Positions 8,848-16,376 of a stretch of 32,000 nt of DNA are shown one piece after another. The notes beneath the pieces were generated by a model. The model worked only from the letters and a program-made list of their open reading frames with translations, was not told where the DNA came from and did no database searches. How positions within the stretch are numbered: position 1 is the first letter of the stretch; every line of letters starts with the position of its first letter. Both the position numbers and the translations under genes were made by a program. The stretch comes from Sutcliffiella halmapala. GTDB taxonomy: Bacteria; Bacillota; Bacilli; Bacillales; Bacillaceae_I. The stretch is from contig NZ_KV917375.1 in NCBI RefSeq assembly GCF_002019665.1, positions 2,490,702-2,522,701 on the forward strand, in the 5' to 3' direction.

Positions 8848-10029
8848 GTGAAAGCTAAATGGAAAATAGTTTTACCTATCCTATTAATCTTAGTAATAGG
8901 AACTGCTTTTTCAGCGTTACTACTCAATCAATATAATTCTTCTTCCTCAAAAACAGGGGATTCGATACCTCAGGAAGTAAGAATACACCAGAACAAACAA
9001 ATGGAAGCACAAGAAAAGGCGTTCCGCACCGAAGCAACGATTTCTGCTGTTGGTGACCTGTTAATCCATAGTACTGTTTATGATGCTGCAAAAACTGGAG
9101 AAAGCAGCTACGATTTTAATCCAATGTTAGACCGAGTAAAGGGTTATCTCCAAGACACGGATATTTCCATTGCCAATCAGGAAACAATTATTGGTGGTAC
9201 GGAAATAGGGTTATCTAACTATCCAAGCTTTAATAGCCCATTTGAAGTAGCGGACGCCCTGCAAAATGCTGGAGTAGATATTGTAAGTATCGCGAACAAC
9301 CATACGCTTGATCGTGGAGAAAAAGCCATAATGAACGCTATTAATCATTATGAAACAATTGACATGCAATATGTTGGTGGATATAAAAGTAAAGAAGATC
9401 GAGCTACACTTCGTACTATTACAAAAAAAGGGATTACCTTCTCCTTCCTGTCCTATACTTATGGCACAAATGGAATCCCTATTCCAGAAGGAAAAGAATA
9501 TTTCGTGAACCTGATTGATCGTGAAGTAATCGAACGTGATGTAAAAGAGGCTCAAGAAAATTCCGATGTTGTGGTAGTCGCGATGCATTGGGGTGTCGAA
9601 TACATCTTATTACCGAACAGTGAACAAGAAGACCTGGCAGATTTCTTAGCAGGCTTGAATGTGGATATTGTCATCGGGCATCATCCACACGTTCTTCAGC
9701 CAATGAAGTTCTTAGAGCGTCCAGACGGTAACAAGATGTTTGTCGTCTATTCGTTAGGCAACTTTTTATCTGGACAAAAGGATGACTATAAAGATATCGG
9801 TGGAATCGTTCAATTAAAAGTGGAGAAATTTGTCGATGGGGATAACACAAAAATTGATATTAAAGTAGATGATTTTATCCCAACCTATGTTTCTCAAGTT
9901 AATCCTACAAAATATCATGTTGTTCCATTAAAGGATGCTGCTTCCTTTGGTTTTCCAAATGCAAAAGCGAAAACAGAAGAAATGTTAAACCATATGTATC
10001 AATGGCTAGAAGATGAGGAAATAAACTAA
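8848..10029 (+). CDS. CapA/PGA_cap family metallophosphoesterase-like protein with an N-terminal membrane anchor
   Basis: 393 aa with a GTG start after AAAAAGGGG. TM/signal segment WKIVLPILLILVIGTAFSALLL. Family motifs VGDLLIH, SIANNHTLDRG, HWGVEY and VIGHHPHVLQP. Confidence 0.8.
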   Translation: MKAKWKIVLPILLILVIGTAFSALLLNQYNSSSSKTGDSIPQEVRIHQNKQMEAQEKAFRTEATISAVGDLLIHSTVYDAAKTGESSYDFNPMLDRVKGYLQDTDISIANQETIIGGTEIGLSNYPSFNSPFEVADALQNAGVDIVSIANNHTLDRGEKAIMNAINHYETIDMQYVGGYKSKEDRATLRTITKKGITFSFLSYTYGTNGIPIPEGKEYFVNLIDREVIERDVKEAQENSDVVVVAMHWGVEYILLPNSEQEDLADFLAGLNVDIVIGHHPHVLQPMKFLERPDGNKMFVVYSLGNFLSGQKDDYKDIGGIVQLKVEKFVDGDNTKIDIKVDDFIPTYVSQVNPTKYHVVPLKDAASFGFPNAKAKTEEMLNHMYQWLEDEEIN

Positions 10030-10033
10030 ATAA

Positions 10034-10076
10034 AAATAGCTGATGGGCCGAAATCCGTCAGCTATTTTTATTTTTT
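10034..10076 (+). terminator. Rho-independent terminator after the capA-like gene
   Basis: ATAGCTGATGG-loop-CCGTCAGCTAT followed by TTTTATTTTTT. Confidence 0.65.
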
Positions 10077-10169
10077 GTGCTAGATTTCTTCAATTATTGA
10101 TTTAAAAGAACGTATTCATCTGAAAAATTAGAGTTCGCTTGTCCTCTTAAAATCAGCAATTATTCTTTA

Positions 10170-10607
10170 TTAAACTGAATAAAAATAGAAGTAGTTTTCT
10201 TCTTTTACAAAGCCGATTTTTTCATACAATCTCTGGGCATTTACATTATCTTGCGCTGTTTCTAGCAATACTCCAGATGCACCAGTCTCATTTGCAAAAG
10301 CAATTGCTTCATTCACGAGCTTCTCTCCGAAACCTTTGCCTCGAGCCTTTTCATTAACAAACAAATCATTTAACACCCATGTTCGCTTCATTTTCACAGA
10401 GGAAAAGGTCGGATAAAGCTGAGTAAAACCAACGGCAATTCCATTGTCAAAAGCCAGGAAAATCACAGATTCTTCATTCATTATTCTTTCTTTTAAAAAT
10501 CCTTTCGCTCCCTCGATATCTGTTTGTTGTTCATAGAAAACTCGATATAAATCGAACAATGCTCCTAATTCTTCTAATTGATCTAAAGTGGCTTTATGTA
10601 TAGTCAT
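10170..10607 (-). CDS. GNAT family N-acetyltransferase
   Basis: 145 aa. Acetyl-CoA binding pattern VNEKARGKGFGEKLVNEAI, with a C-terminal YEKIGF. Confidence 0.8.
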   Translation of the reverse strand: MTIHKATLDQLEELGALFDLYRVFYEQQTDIEGAKGFLKERIMNEESVIFLAFDNGIAVGFTQLYPTFSSVKMKRTWVLNDLFVNEKARGKGFGEKLVNEAIAFANETGASGVLLETAQDNVNAQRLYEKIGFVKEENYFYFYSV

Positions 10608-10631
10608 TTCTCTATTTCCCCTTTGTACTAT

Positions 10632-11060
10632 TTATTTTAACCCCTGATAGAAATATGGGATTGTTGTTACTGTTTTAACATCAATATTAGAAATACCTAT
10701 GTGTTCTCTTGCAACTGATGCATCCATCCATACTACCTCTTCAATTTCCTCTGGTAGCGAAATTTTCACCTCACCACTAACCATCTTCCCTAGAAAAATA
10801 AAGAATACTGCATGATGGCCTCTTTTTCGGAAAAACGCTTCTGTAATCCCTACAATGCCATTCACTACCACATTTAAACCAGTCTCTTCCTTGGTCTCTC
10901 TTCTTGCGGCTTCCTCTAACGTCTCTCCTTGTTCCACAGCACCACCTGGCAACGTGAAATAAGACGGATCTTCTCCTTCGCCTTTGTTCAACACCATTAG
11001 TATTTGGTTCGTTTCCTCGTTATAGAGAAGTACGTAAGCTACATCCACTCGAATCATCAT
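10632..11060 (-). CDS. Nudix hydrolase
   Basis: Nudix box LPGGAVEQGETLEEAARRETKEETGL. I set the start at MMIRVDV (ATG 11060) because of the GGAGGA RBS; the track ORF start at 11120 lacks one. Confidence 0.8.
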   Translation of the reverse strand: MMIRVDVAYVLLYNEETNQILMVLNKGEGEDPSYFTLPGGAVEQGETLEEAARRETKEETGLNVVVNGIVGITEAFFRKRGHHAVFFIFLGKMVSGEVKISLPEEIEEVVWMDASVAREHIGISNIDVKTVTTIPYFYQGLK

Positions 11061-11134
11061 TTTAATCCTCCGAATACCATGAATATTAAGAAATTTTATT
11101 GTAAAAAGAGCCAAATACAAGTAGTTGATTGATC

Positions 11135-11650
11135 TTATTTTGCCACTACTATCCTGCTATGCTGTTCAGTTCTCTGGCTACCTGCTTTAGAAATTAGCGA
11201 ATCCGCTAAATCAAACACCTTATAATCTATAATTCCTCCAGATTCCGAGTAGAAAAAAGCATGTTCTTTCGGTTTGCCTTCCGTAAGGATATACGGTAAA
11301 AAGTATGGCATATTGCTCACCACTTCTGAAGAAGTCTTTATCCATTCTAGCGGCTTCCATTCCAGTTTTCCTTCAGGCCCTTCTAAGAGACTACCTTCTG
11401 TATCAGAACCAGTATACACATACATACCACCTTTCTTGTTCCAGGTGACAATCCCTCTAAAAGACAGATCCTTAATAATCAGCCCTGTTTCTTCCCAAGC
11501 TTCCCTTAAAATAGCTTCATATGGTATTTCATTTAACTCAATCTTCCCTCCAACCCCATTCCACTTACCTTTATTAGGTGCCTTGTTGCGAAATAGTAAT
11601 AGGATAGAGTCTCCTTTTGTTATAAAGCAGATCGTGTAAGGTAATTCCAA
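11135..11650 (-). CDS. Nudix hydrolase (MutT/8-oxo-dGTPase-like); start uncertain
   Basis: Nudix box GVGGKIELNEIPYEAILREAWEETGL. Possible starts are ATG 11716, ATG 11683 and TTG 11650; only TTG 11650 has an RBS (GGGGGGAG), so I use it. Confidence 0.7.
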   Translation of the reverse strand: MELPYTICFITKGDSILLLFRNKAPNKGKWNGVGGKIELNEIPYEAILREAWEETGLIIKDLSFRGIVTWNKKGGMYVYTGSDTEGSLLEGPEGKLEWKPLEWIKTSSEVVSNMPYFLPYILTEGKPKEHAFFYSESGGIIDYKVFDLADSLISKAGSQRTEQHSRIVVAK

Positions 11651-11797
11651 TGTTCTCCCCCCAAGTGGTTTCGTTTGGTTCATATAGTGGAATTTAGTTA
11701 TAATAAGAAGGTACATATTCCGTATGATTTTTATATAATGGAAACTCCATTATTTTTCAAAAAATTCATGCAATCTAAAAATAAAGGAGTTACAAAA

Positions 11798-12085
11798 ATG
11801 AAAATGACAATGGCTCAATCAGCGTTAGACTGGTATAAGCGTGAACTTGAATTAAAAAGCGGTGACAATATTCGCTTTCATGTTCGATATGGTGGATGCA
11901 GTACCGTTCAAAAAGGATTCTCTCTAGGAATAATAAAAGAAAATCCAGATCAACCAGCAGCTAGTGTAGAACATGATGGAATTACCTTCTTCGTGGAGGA
12001 AAAAGAGGAATGGTATTTTGACGGTCATGATCTCCATATTTCCTTTGACGAAGAATTAAAAGAACCTAAGTTTGATTACGCATAA
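11798..12085 (+). CDS. yneR: HesB/IscA-like Fe-S cluster biogenesis family protein (YneR-like), 95 aa
   Basis: The ATG at 11798 follows AAAGGAG. The product begins MKMTMAQSALDWYKRELELKSGDNIRFHVRYGGCS.... Size and position (between plsY and yneQ) match B. subtilis yneR. The upstream part of the track ORF 11675..12085 is not supported. Confidence 0.7.
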   Translation: MKMTMAQSALDWYKRELELKSGDNIRFHVRYGGCSTVQKGFSLGIIKENPDQPAASVEHDGITFFVEEKEEWYFDGHDLHISFDEELKEPKFDYA

Positions 12086-12096
12086 ATCGCTTTAAA

Positions 12097-12129
12097 GAAA
12101 GAATTAGGAAGCATCCTAATTCTTTTCTT
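12097..12129 (+). terminator. Hairpin terminator between convergent yneR and yneQ
   Basis: 13-bp stem GAAAGAATTAGGA/TCCTAATTCTTTT with loop AGCA. The 3' arm overlaps the yneQ stop region. Confidence 0.5.
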
Positions 12130-12427
12130 CTGGAAAGAAACGATAAATTTGTTCCCATTGATTTTCAGTTTTTAGAATTGCTAATTGTTTGTCTCCGATT
12201 AGATCGAAATGAGGGTACTTTTCACGTTTGTGGATCCATTCTTCTTTTAAACCGTAAGAGTTCCCCCATGCAATAAGTTTCTTCAAATCATTACACCCAG
12301 CTTTTGTTACGGTATGGATACCCTCGAAGCGTGGATGTACCCAATAATGAGTAATAAACGCCAATTCTCCTCGAGCTACTTGTTGTTTCCACCTTAGCAG
12401 TTCATCTCGAGCAATTCCAAAAGCCAT
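12116..12427 (-). CDS. yneQ: YneQ-like conserved hypothetical protein
   Basis: 103 aa. It is translationally coupled to yneP (AAGGAGA lies inside the yneP 3' end, with a 2-nt gap). Position and size match B. subtilis yneQ. Function unknown. Confidence 0.6.
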   Translation of the reverse strand: MAFGIARDELLRWKQQVARGELAFITHYWVHPRFEGIHTVTKAGCNDLKKLIAWGNSYGLKEEWIHKREKYPHFDLIGDKQLAILKTENQWEQIYRFFPEEKN

Positions 12428-12429
12428 GA

Positions 12430-12855
12430 TTATTCTCCTTGTTTTTTCGCGTTTTCATAGGCAATATGCCATTCTGGAAACTTCTTTCGAATGATAATAG
12501 GCTTAAAGTTATCCTTTTTCACACAAACATGAGACGAGGTACCGATTAGCGCCACCTCTTCCTTCGGTGTCAAAATTTTATAGCCATACACCACTCTAAA
12601 TCCGTCGTAAGTTTCAATCCATGTATGTATCGTAGCGACTTCACCATAACGCAGTGACTTTTTATAAGAAACATTTATATCAATGACTGGCGAAATGATG
12701 CCATCCTGCTCCATTTGTGCATAAGAAAACCCTAAATCCTTTATCAGTTGCGTTCTCCCAAGCTCCATCCAAACTAAATAATTCGCGTGATACACAACTC
12801 CCATTTGATCGGTTTCAGCATATCTTACTTCTATTTCTTTTGTAGATACTAACAT
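12430..12855 (-). CDS. yneP: Acyl-CoA thioesterase, 4HBT/YbgC hot-dog family (YneP-like)
   Basis: 141 aa. The N-terminus VRYAETDQMGVVYHANYLVWMELGR is the typical 4HBT catalytic-Asp region. Synteny is with tlp/yneQ. Confidence 0.8.
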   Translation of the reverse strand: MLVSTKEIEVRYAETDQMGVVYHANYLVWMELGRTQLIKDLGFSYAQMEQDGIISPVIDINVSYKKSLRYGEVATIHTWIETYDGFRVVYGYKILTPKEEVALIGTSSHVCVKKDNFKPIIIRKKFPEWHIAYENAKKQGE

Positions 12856-12940
12856 ATTCTATCCCCCGTTTGCTAAGAAAGTATTTATTTATAATACCAT
12901 AAATGAATAATCTTCCATATGAAAAACAATCGAAAGAGAT

Positions 12941-12973
12941 AGAAAAGAGGCGGGCACCCTATATGCCCACCTC
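12941..12973 (-). terminator. Rho-independent terminator after tlp
   Basis: Minus-strand hairpin GAGGTGGGCA/TGCCCGCCTC (one G-U pair) followed by TTTTCT. Confidence 0.6.
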
Positions 12974-12981
12974 TTTATAAA

Positions 12982-13230
12982 CTATTGATGTCCGTTTTCC
13001 CGAGAACTCGCTTCGTCCTTAATCTCAGCCCTAAAAGCTGCAATACTTTCTTCCCGTCGATGGTTTTTCGCTTCGATAAGCTCTCGTTCCTCTGGACCAG
13101 CAAATTGCATCGATTCATGTGCCTCTTCAATATTTTCAATTGTATTTTGTACCATACTCTGTAATTTCTCAACATTGTCACTGCGATCATCCGGATTTGG
13201 TTGATGCTGATGTTGGTTGTTTTCAGCCAT
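12982..13230 (-). CDS. tlp: Small acid-soluble spore protein Tlp (thioredoxin-like protein)
   Basis: 82 aa from ATG 13230 (RBS GGGAGG). PNPDDRSDNVEKLQSMVQNTIENIEEAHESM is near-identical in pattern to B. subtilis Tlp. It lies downstream of sspN, as in the sspN-tlp operon. Confidence 0.85.
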   Translation of the reverse strand: MAENNQHQHQPNPDDRSDNVEKLQSMVQNTIENIEEAHESMQFAGPEERELIEAKNHRREESIAAFRAEIKDEASSRENGHQ

Positions 13231-13320
13231 AACAAAACGCCTCCCATATCTCATGAAGATTAACTACAAGTATTATTGTGTACAGGAAAGGCATTTAAAT
13301 AACTTGAAAAACATGGGTTT

Positions 13321-13464
13321 CTATTCACCTTTTGTTTGAATAACTTGTGCGTGCTTGCCTGATTTGTCTTGCATTTGCTTCCCTTTATTGCCTCCCGCTG
13401 CTCGCGGCTGTGTACCAATATGGTTTGGGTTAAAATGATTACTACTTCTTTTTGGATTACTCAT
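13321..13464 (-). CDS. sspN: Small acid-soluble spore protein N (47 aa)
   Basis: Not in the ORF track. My translation is [47 protein letters not shown], with the SspN-type C-terminus QTKGE. RBS GGAGGGA. It is immediately upstream of tlp. Confidence 0.8.
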   Translation of the reverse strand: MSNPKRSSNHFNPNHIGTQPRAAGGNKGKQMQDKSGKHAQVIQTKGE

Positions 13465-13531
13465 AAAAACATCCCTCCTACCTTTACTATCTCAAGGAAG
13501 AGGGATAATCATAACTAGAAATATTTGAAAG

Positions 13532-13663
13532 TTATTCGGCTTTATTTAACATCTTCTGTTCTAAGCGGTCTTCGATTTTACGAAGAGCTTCCTCATCTTT
13601 TAAAAGTAGCTGCTTATTTTCTAAAACTAGCTCTTCAAAAGAACGTTTACGTATTCTTCTCAT
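13532..13663 (-). CDS. fbpB: FbpB-family (Fur-regulated basic protein B-like) small basic protein, 43 aa
   Basis: Not in the ORF track. My translation is MRRIRKRSFEELVLENKQLLLKDEEALRKIEDRLEQKMLNKAE. The basic N-terminus followed by SFxELVxENKxxLLxD matches my recollection of the FbpB family. RBS GGTGA. The assignment is from memory only. Confidence 0.5.
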   Translation of the reverse strand: MRRIRKRSFEELVLENKQLLLKDEEALRKIEDRLEQKMLNKAE

Positions 13664-13991
13664 AGTATCACCTACTTACTTATTATTGTAATAGTATTAA
13701 TGTCCAAAATACTTTAAAATTATGATAAATTTCCGACAAATTGATGAGATTTTCATTAGAATAGTGTTCTTGATTAGAAATGAGTGAAATCCGGAGCAAT
13801 TCATGGGGTAAAAAAAGCTATCTAATTAAGGTATAGCCCTTTTTCCAGGTTTCCAAACAGATAATTATCAAAATTTTTTAAATACAAAATATAAATAACA
13901 AAACAGAATATATGTTCTTGTTTTTGTGGGGATTTTCTAATATCATAAAAGTAGTGTAACAAATAATAAAAATATACGAGGGGGAGCTTTT

Positions 13992-14450
13992 ATGGAAAAG
14001 GTAAAAGCATATCGTTCTTTTGAAGAAAACTTAGATTTTTTCCTTTCCTTATCTGAACTGTCAGAAGTCGACTTAACGAATCCTATTGCAGAAGGAAAAT
14101 GGTCAACTAAGGAAATCATTGGACATATTTATTACTGGGATAAATTTATTATCGATACAATGATTCCAAATATGGAAAAGGAAAGCAACTTGTCGAGTTT
14201 TCCAGACCATGACTTATATAATGAAAAGGCAATACCATACATATCCAAATACCCTACAACCACAGCGTTAATCAATGAATTTGAAATGACTAGAAGGGCA
14301 TTACTTGAAAAAATCTCAACCCTTGACCAATCAATAAGCTTTACCATCGGAAATGGTAAACGCAACTATACTCCAGAAAGCTTTATAAATATGTTCGTCA
14401 AGCATGACTTACATCATATTCAACAAATAAAAGTGGCCTTAAACTTTTAG
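13992..14450 (+). CDS. DinB family (DinB_2) metal-dependent four-helix-bundle protein
   Basis: 152 aa. The His residues in WSTKEIIGHIYYWDKF and KHDLHHIQQIK fit the DinB His-triad arrangement. RBS GAGGGGGAG. Confidence 0.75.
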   Translation: MEKVKAYRSFEENLDFFLSLSELSEVDLTNPIAEGKWSTKEIIGHIYYWDKFIIDTMIPNMEKESNLSSFPDHDLYNEKAIPYISKYPTTTALINEFEMTRRALLEKISTLDQSISFTIGNGKRNYTPESFINMFVKHDLHHIQQIKVALNF

Positions 14451-14547
14451 AGATTTCCTCCTATCACCAAGTACTTTGTCTACTAGTTTCACGACTATGT
14501 TAGAATATATTTGAAAATAAGAAAAATTATATATATGGAGGTAAGTA

Positions 14548-15243
14548 GTGAAGAAAAAGTTCCTTTATTTCTTGTCCTTTTCATTTCTATGCGCTCTTTG
14601 CTTCCTACTTTTATTTAGAAACGGAATCATTCTAGATCACCTTGGACTACATTTAAACTCACCATTTTCTAAGAAAGTAACTGTACCTGATGAATACTCT
14701 TCTGTTGACCGGAACAACAACGGAATACCCGATCCCATCGATTTCGTGAAAGCAGCAAGAGTAGAAGTAGAGCAACGAACAAAATATAAAAGTACTTATT
14801 ATGCTGGTGGGTATCCTCCAGACATAGAAGGTGTTTGTACAGATGTCGTTTGGAGAGCATTTATAGGGGCTAATATCGTGCTTAAGGATCTAATGGATGC
14901 AGATATCCTCGACAATACAAAGCTCTATCCTAGAGTTGCTGGAAGTCCTGATCCTAATATTGACTTTCGAAGAGTTCCTAATCAAGATGTATTCTTTCAA
15001 CGTTTTGCAGATTCATTACCAACTGAATTGATAATTGGTGATGTCAATAACTTAAAGCAGTGGCAACCAGGAGATATAGTCGTTTTCCTAGAGGGGGATT
15101 TTGATCATGTGGGAATTGTCTCTGACAAAAGAGCAAAGGATGGTACACCATACCTTCTTCATAATACCTACCCATTTGCTGCAGAAGTTAAATTATCATC
15201 CTTTAAATCACCAATCACTGGCCATTATAGATGGAAGTACTGA
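14548..15243 (+). CDS. DUF1287 domain protein with an N-terminal signal/anchor
   Basis: 231 aa with a GTG start after GGAGG. YYAGGYPPDIEGVCTDVVWRAF ... GDIVVF...HVGIVSD fits DUF1287. Confidence 0.7.
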   Translation: MKKKFLYFLSFSFLCALCFLLLFRNGIILDHLGLHLNSPFSKKVTVPDEYSSVDRNNNGIPDPIDFVKAARVEVEQRTKYKSTYYAGGYPPDIEGVCTDVVWRAFIGANIVLKDLMDADILDNTKLYPRVAGSPDPNIDFRRVPNQDVFFQRFADSLPTELIIGDVNNLKQWQPGDIVVFLEGDFDHVGIVSDKRAKDGTPYLLHNTYPFAAEVKLSSFKSPITGHYRWKY

Positions 15244-15255
15244 CATTAACTGATT

Positions 15256-15288
15256 GAAAAAGACGCTAAGGCAAAGTTCTTAGCGTCT
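15256..15288 (-). terminator. Rho-independent terminator after yneN
   Basis: AGACGCTAAG-8 nt-CTTAGCGTCT, followed on the minus strand by TTTTTC. Confidence 0.6.
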
Positions 15289-15304
15289 ACTACCAAACAT
15301 ATGT

Positions 15305-15814
15305 CTAATTCATTTTATTAATCTGTTCCTCCATCAATTCATATGTCATGGGACCCAGGTGACGATAGGAAACAATTCCTTCTGAGTCAATGAAATAAGT
15401 CGTCGGCATTGTAAGCACTTCATAATAACGGAAAAGGTCCACCTCATCTAGAAGAATTGGAAATGTATAACCCCCCTCTTCCACATAAGCCTTTACATTA
15501 TCAATACTGGTCTCTGAGCTTGTTAAATTCACTGCTAACATAACGACATCCTCTTTGTTACCTTCAGAAAACTCTTGCATTTCGGGCATTTCCGCTCGAC
15601 AAGGCCCACACCAAGTTGCCCAGAAATTGAGAATTACTTTCTTCCCTTTATAATCAGTGAGCTTAGCCGTTTCTCCGGTTAGTGTAGTTAATTCAAATTC
15701 CCTTGCCATCTCGCCTACCTTATTTCCCACAGTAGGATCATCTTCAGAAAAAACTTGAAATAATGCATATCCACTTAAAGCCACTAAAAATACAATAGCT
15801 ATTATTTTTTTCAT
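15305..15814 (-). CDS. yneN: Membrane-anchored thiol-disulfide oxidoreductase (TlpA/ResA-like thioredoxin fold)
   Basis: The active site WATWCGPC follows an N-terminal anchor KKIIAIVFLVALSGYALF. It lies next to citB as B. subtilis yneN does. The start is set at MKKII (15814) because of the GGATGGAG RBS; the track start is 15826. Confidence 0.8.
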   Translation of the reverse strand: MKKIIAIVFLVALSGYALFQVFSEDDPTVGNKVGEMAREFELTTLTGETAKLTDYKGKKVILNFWATWCGPCRAEMPEMQEFSEGNKEDVVMLAVNLTSSETSIDNVKAYVEEGGYTFPILLDEVDLFRYYEVLTMPTTYFIDSEGIVSYRHLGPMTYELMEEQINKMN

Positions 15815-15830
15815 GCGTATCTCCATCCTT

Positions 15831-16235
15831 TTACAAGAAGTACATCATTATAAAGTAGCTTAAAACTATGATCGCAATACTTGGAATTACAATGATGGTC
15901 GTTGTTTTAAAATGTATGTTTGATTTGTACATTTTCCAGTAAAAATATAAAATCCCCAGTAAACTTGCTAAATAGATCCCATTTGTTCCTCCAGTAAAGA
16001 AGATGAGTCCAAAAGGATTTGTCCAAAGTATGGAAGGTCTAAAGACGAGGATACTAAACTTAAACACTAAAATCCACAATAAAGTAACAGAAAGCAAATG
16101 TTGTTCAATTACTTTAAGCCTATCAGGTTCCCTTTTATGTAATATAGCAATATAAAGATATGCAATTAAACAAGAAAAAAGAAGGACAAGAATTGATTTC
16201 TTTAGAAGTAGCGGACCAATTTGTATCGCATCCAT
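15831..16235 (-). CDS. Hypothetical polytopic membrane protein (about 4 TM segments)
   Basis: Hydrophobic ORF ending 5-17 nt before the yneN start, so probably co-transcribed. I did not recognise a family. The start is probably MDAIQIG (16235, RBS GAGGT) rather than 16271. Confidence 0.5.
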   Translation of the reverse strand: MDAIQIGPLLLKKSILVLLFSCLIAYLYIAILHKREPDRLKVIEQHLLSVTLLWILVFKFSILVFRPSILWTNPFGLIFFTGGTNGIYLASLLGILYFYWKMYKSNIHFKTTTIIVIPSIAIIVLSYFIMMYFL

Positions 16236-16320
16236 CGTTGTACATACCTCGTTTACTTTTAATTTAATCATATAGGAACACTTATACGTTATATTCTTGT
16301 GTCTATTTTATAACATTTAA

Positions 16321-16368
16321 AATAAAAAAGCTGATCTCCCTTTTTATCAAAGAGTAGACCAGCTTTTT
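16321..16368 (-). terminator. Putative terminator after citB
   Basis: Minus-strand hairpin AAAGCTGGTCT/AGATCAGCTTT (one G-U pair, 19-nt loop) followed by TTTATT. Confidence 0.5.
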
Positions 16369-16376
16369 CACTTCTA

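Noticed and set aside
8611-8927. ORFs 8611-8811 (+) and 8709-8927 (-) in the S9 peptidase / capA divergent region
   Set aside because: These short AT-rich ORFs overlap the start regions and promoters of two supported genes. They have no RBS and no recognisable sequence features.
12975-13247. Second 90-aa minus-strand ORF overlapping tlp in another frame
   Set aside because: The overlapping frame 12982-13230 encodes a recognisable Tlp with an RBS. This alternative frame has no RBS and no recognisable features.
13664-13880. Fur box upstream of the FbpB-like ORF
   Set aside because: Only partial matches were found (TTATGATAAAT, ATGAAAATCTCAT, GATAATTATC). None fits the 7-1-7 TGATAATnATTATCA consensus well enough to annotate without a PWM score.
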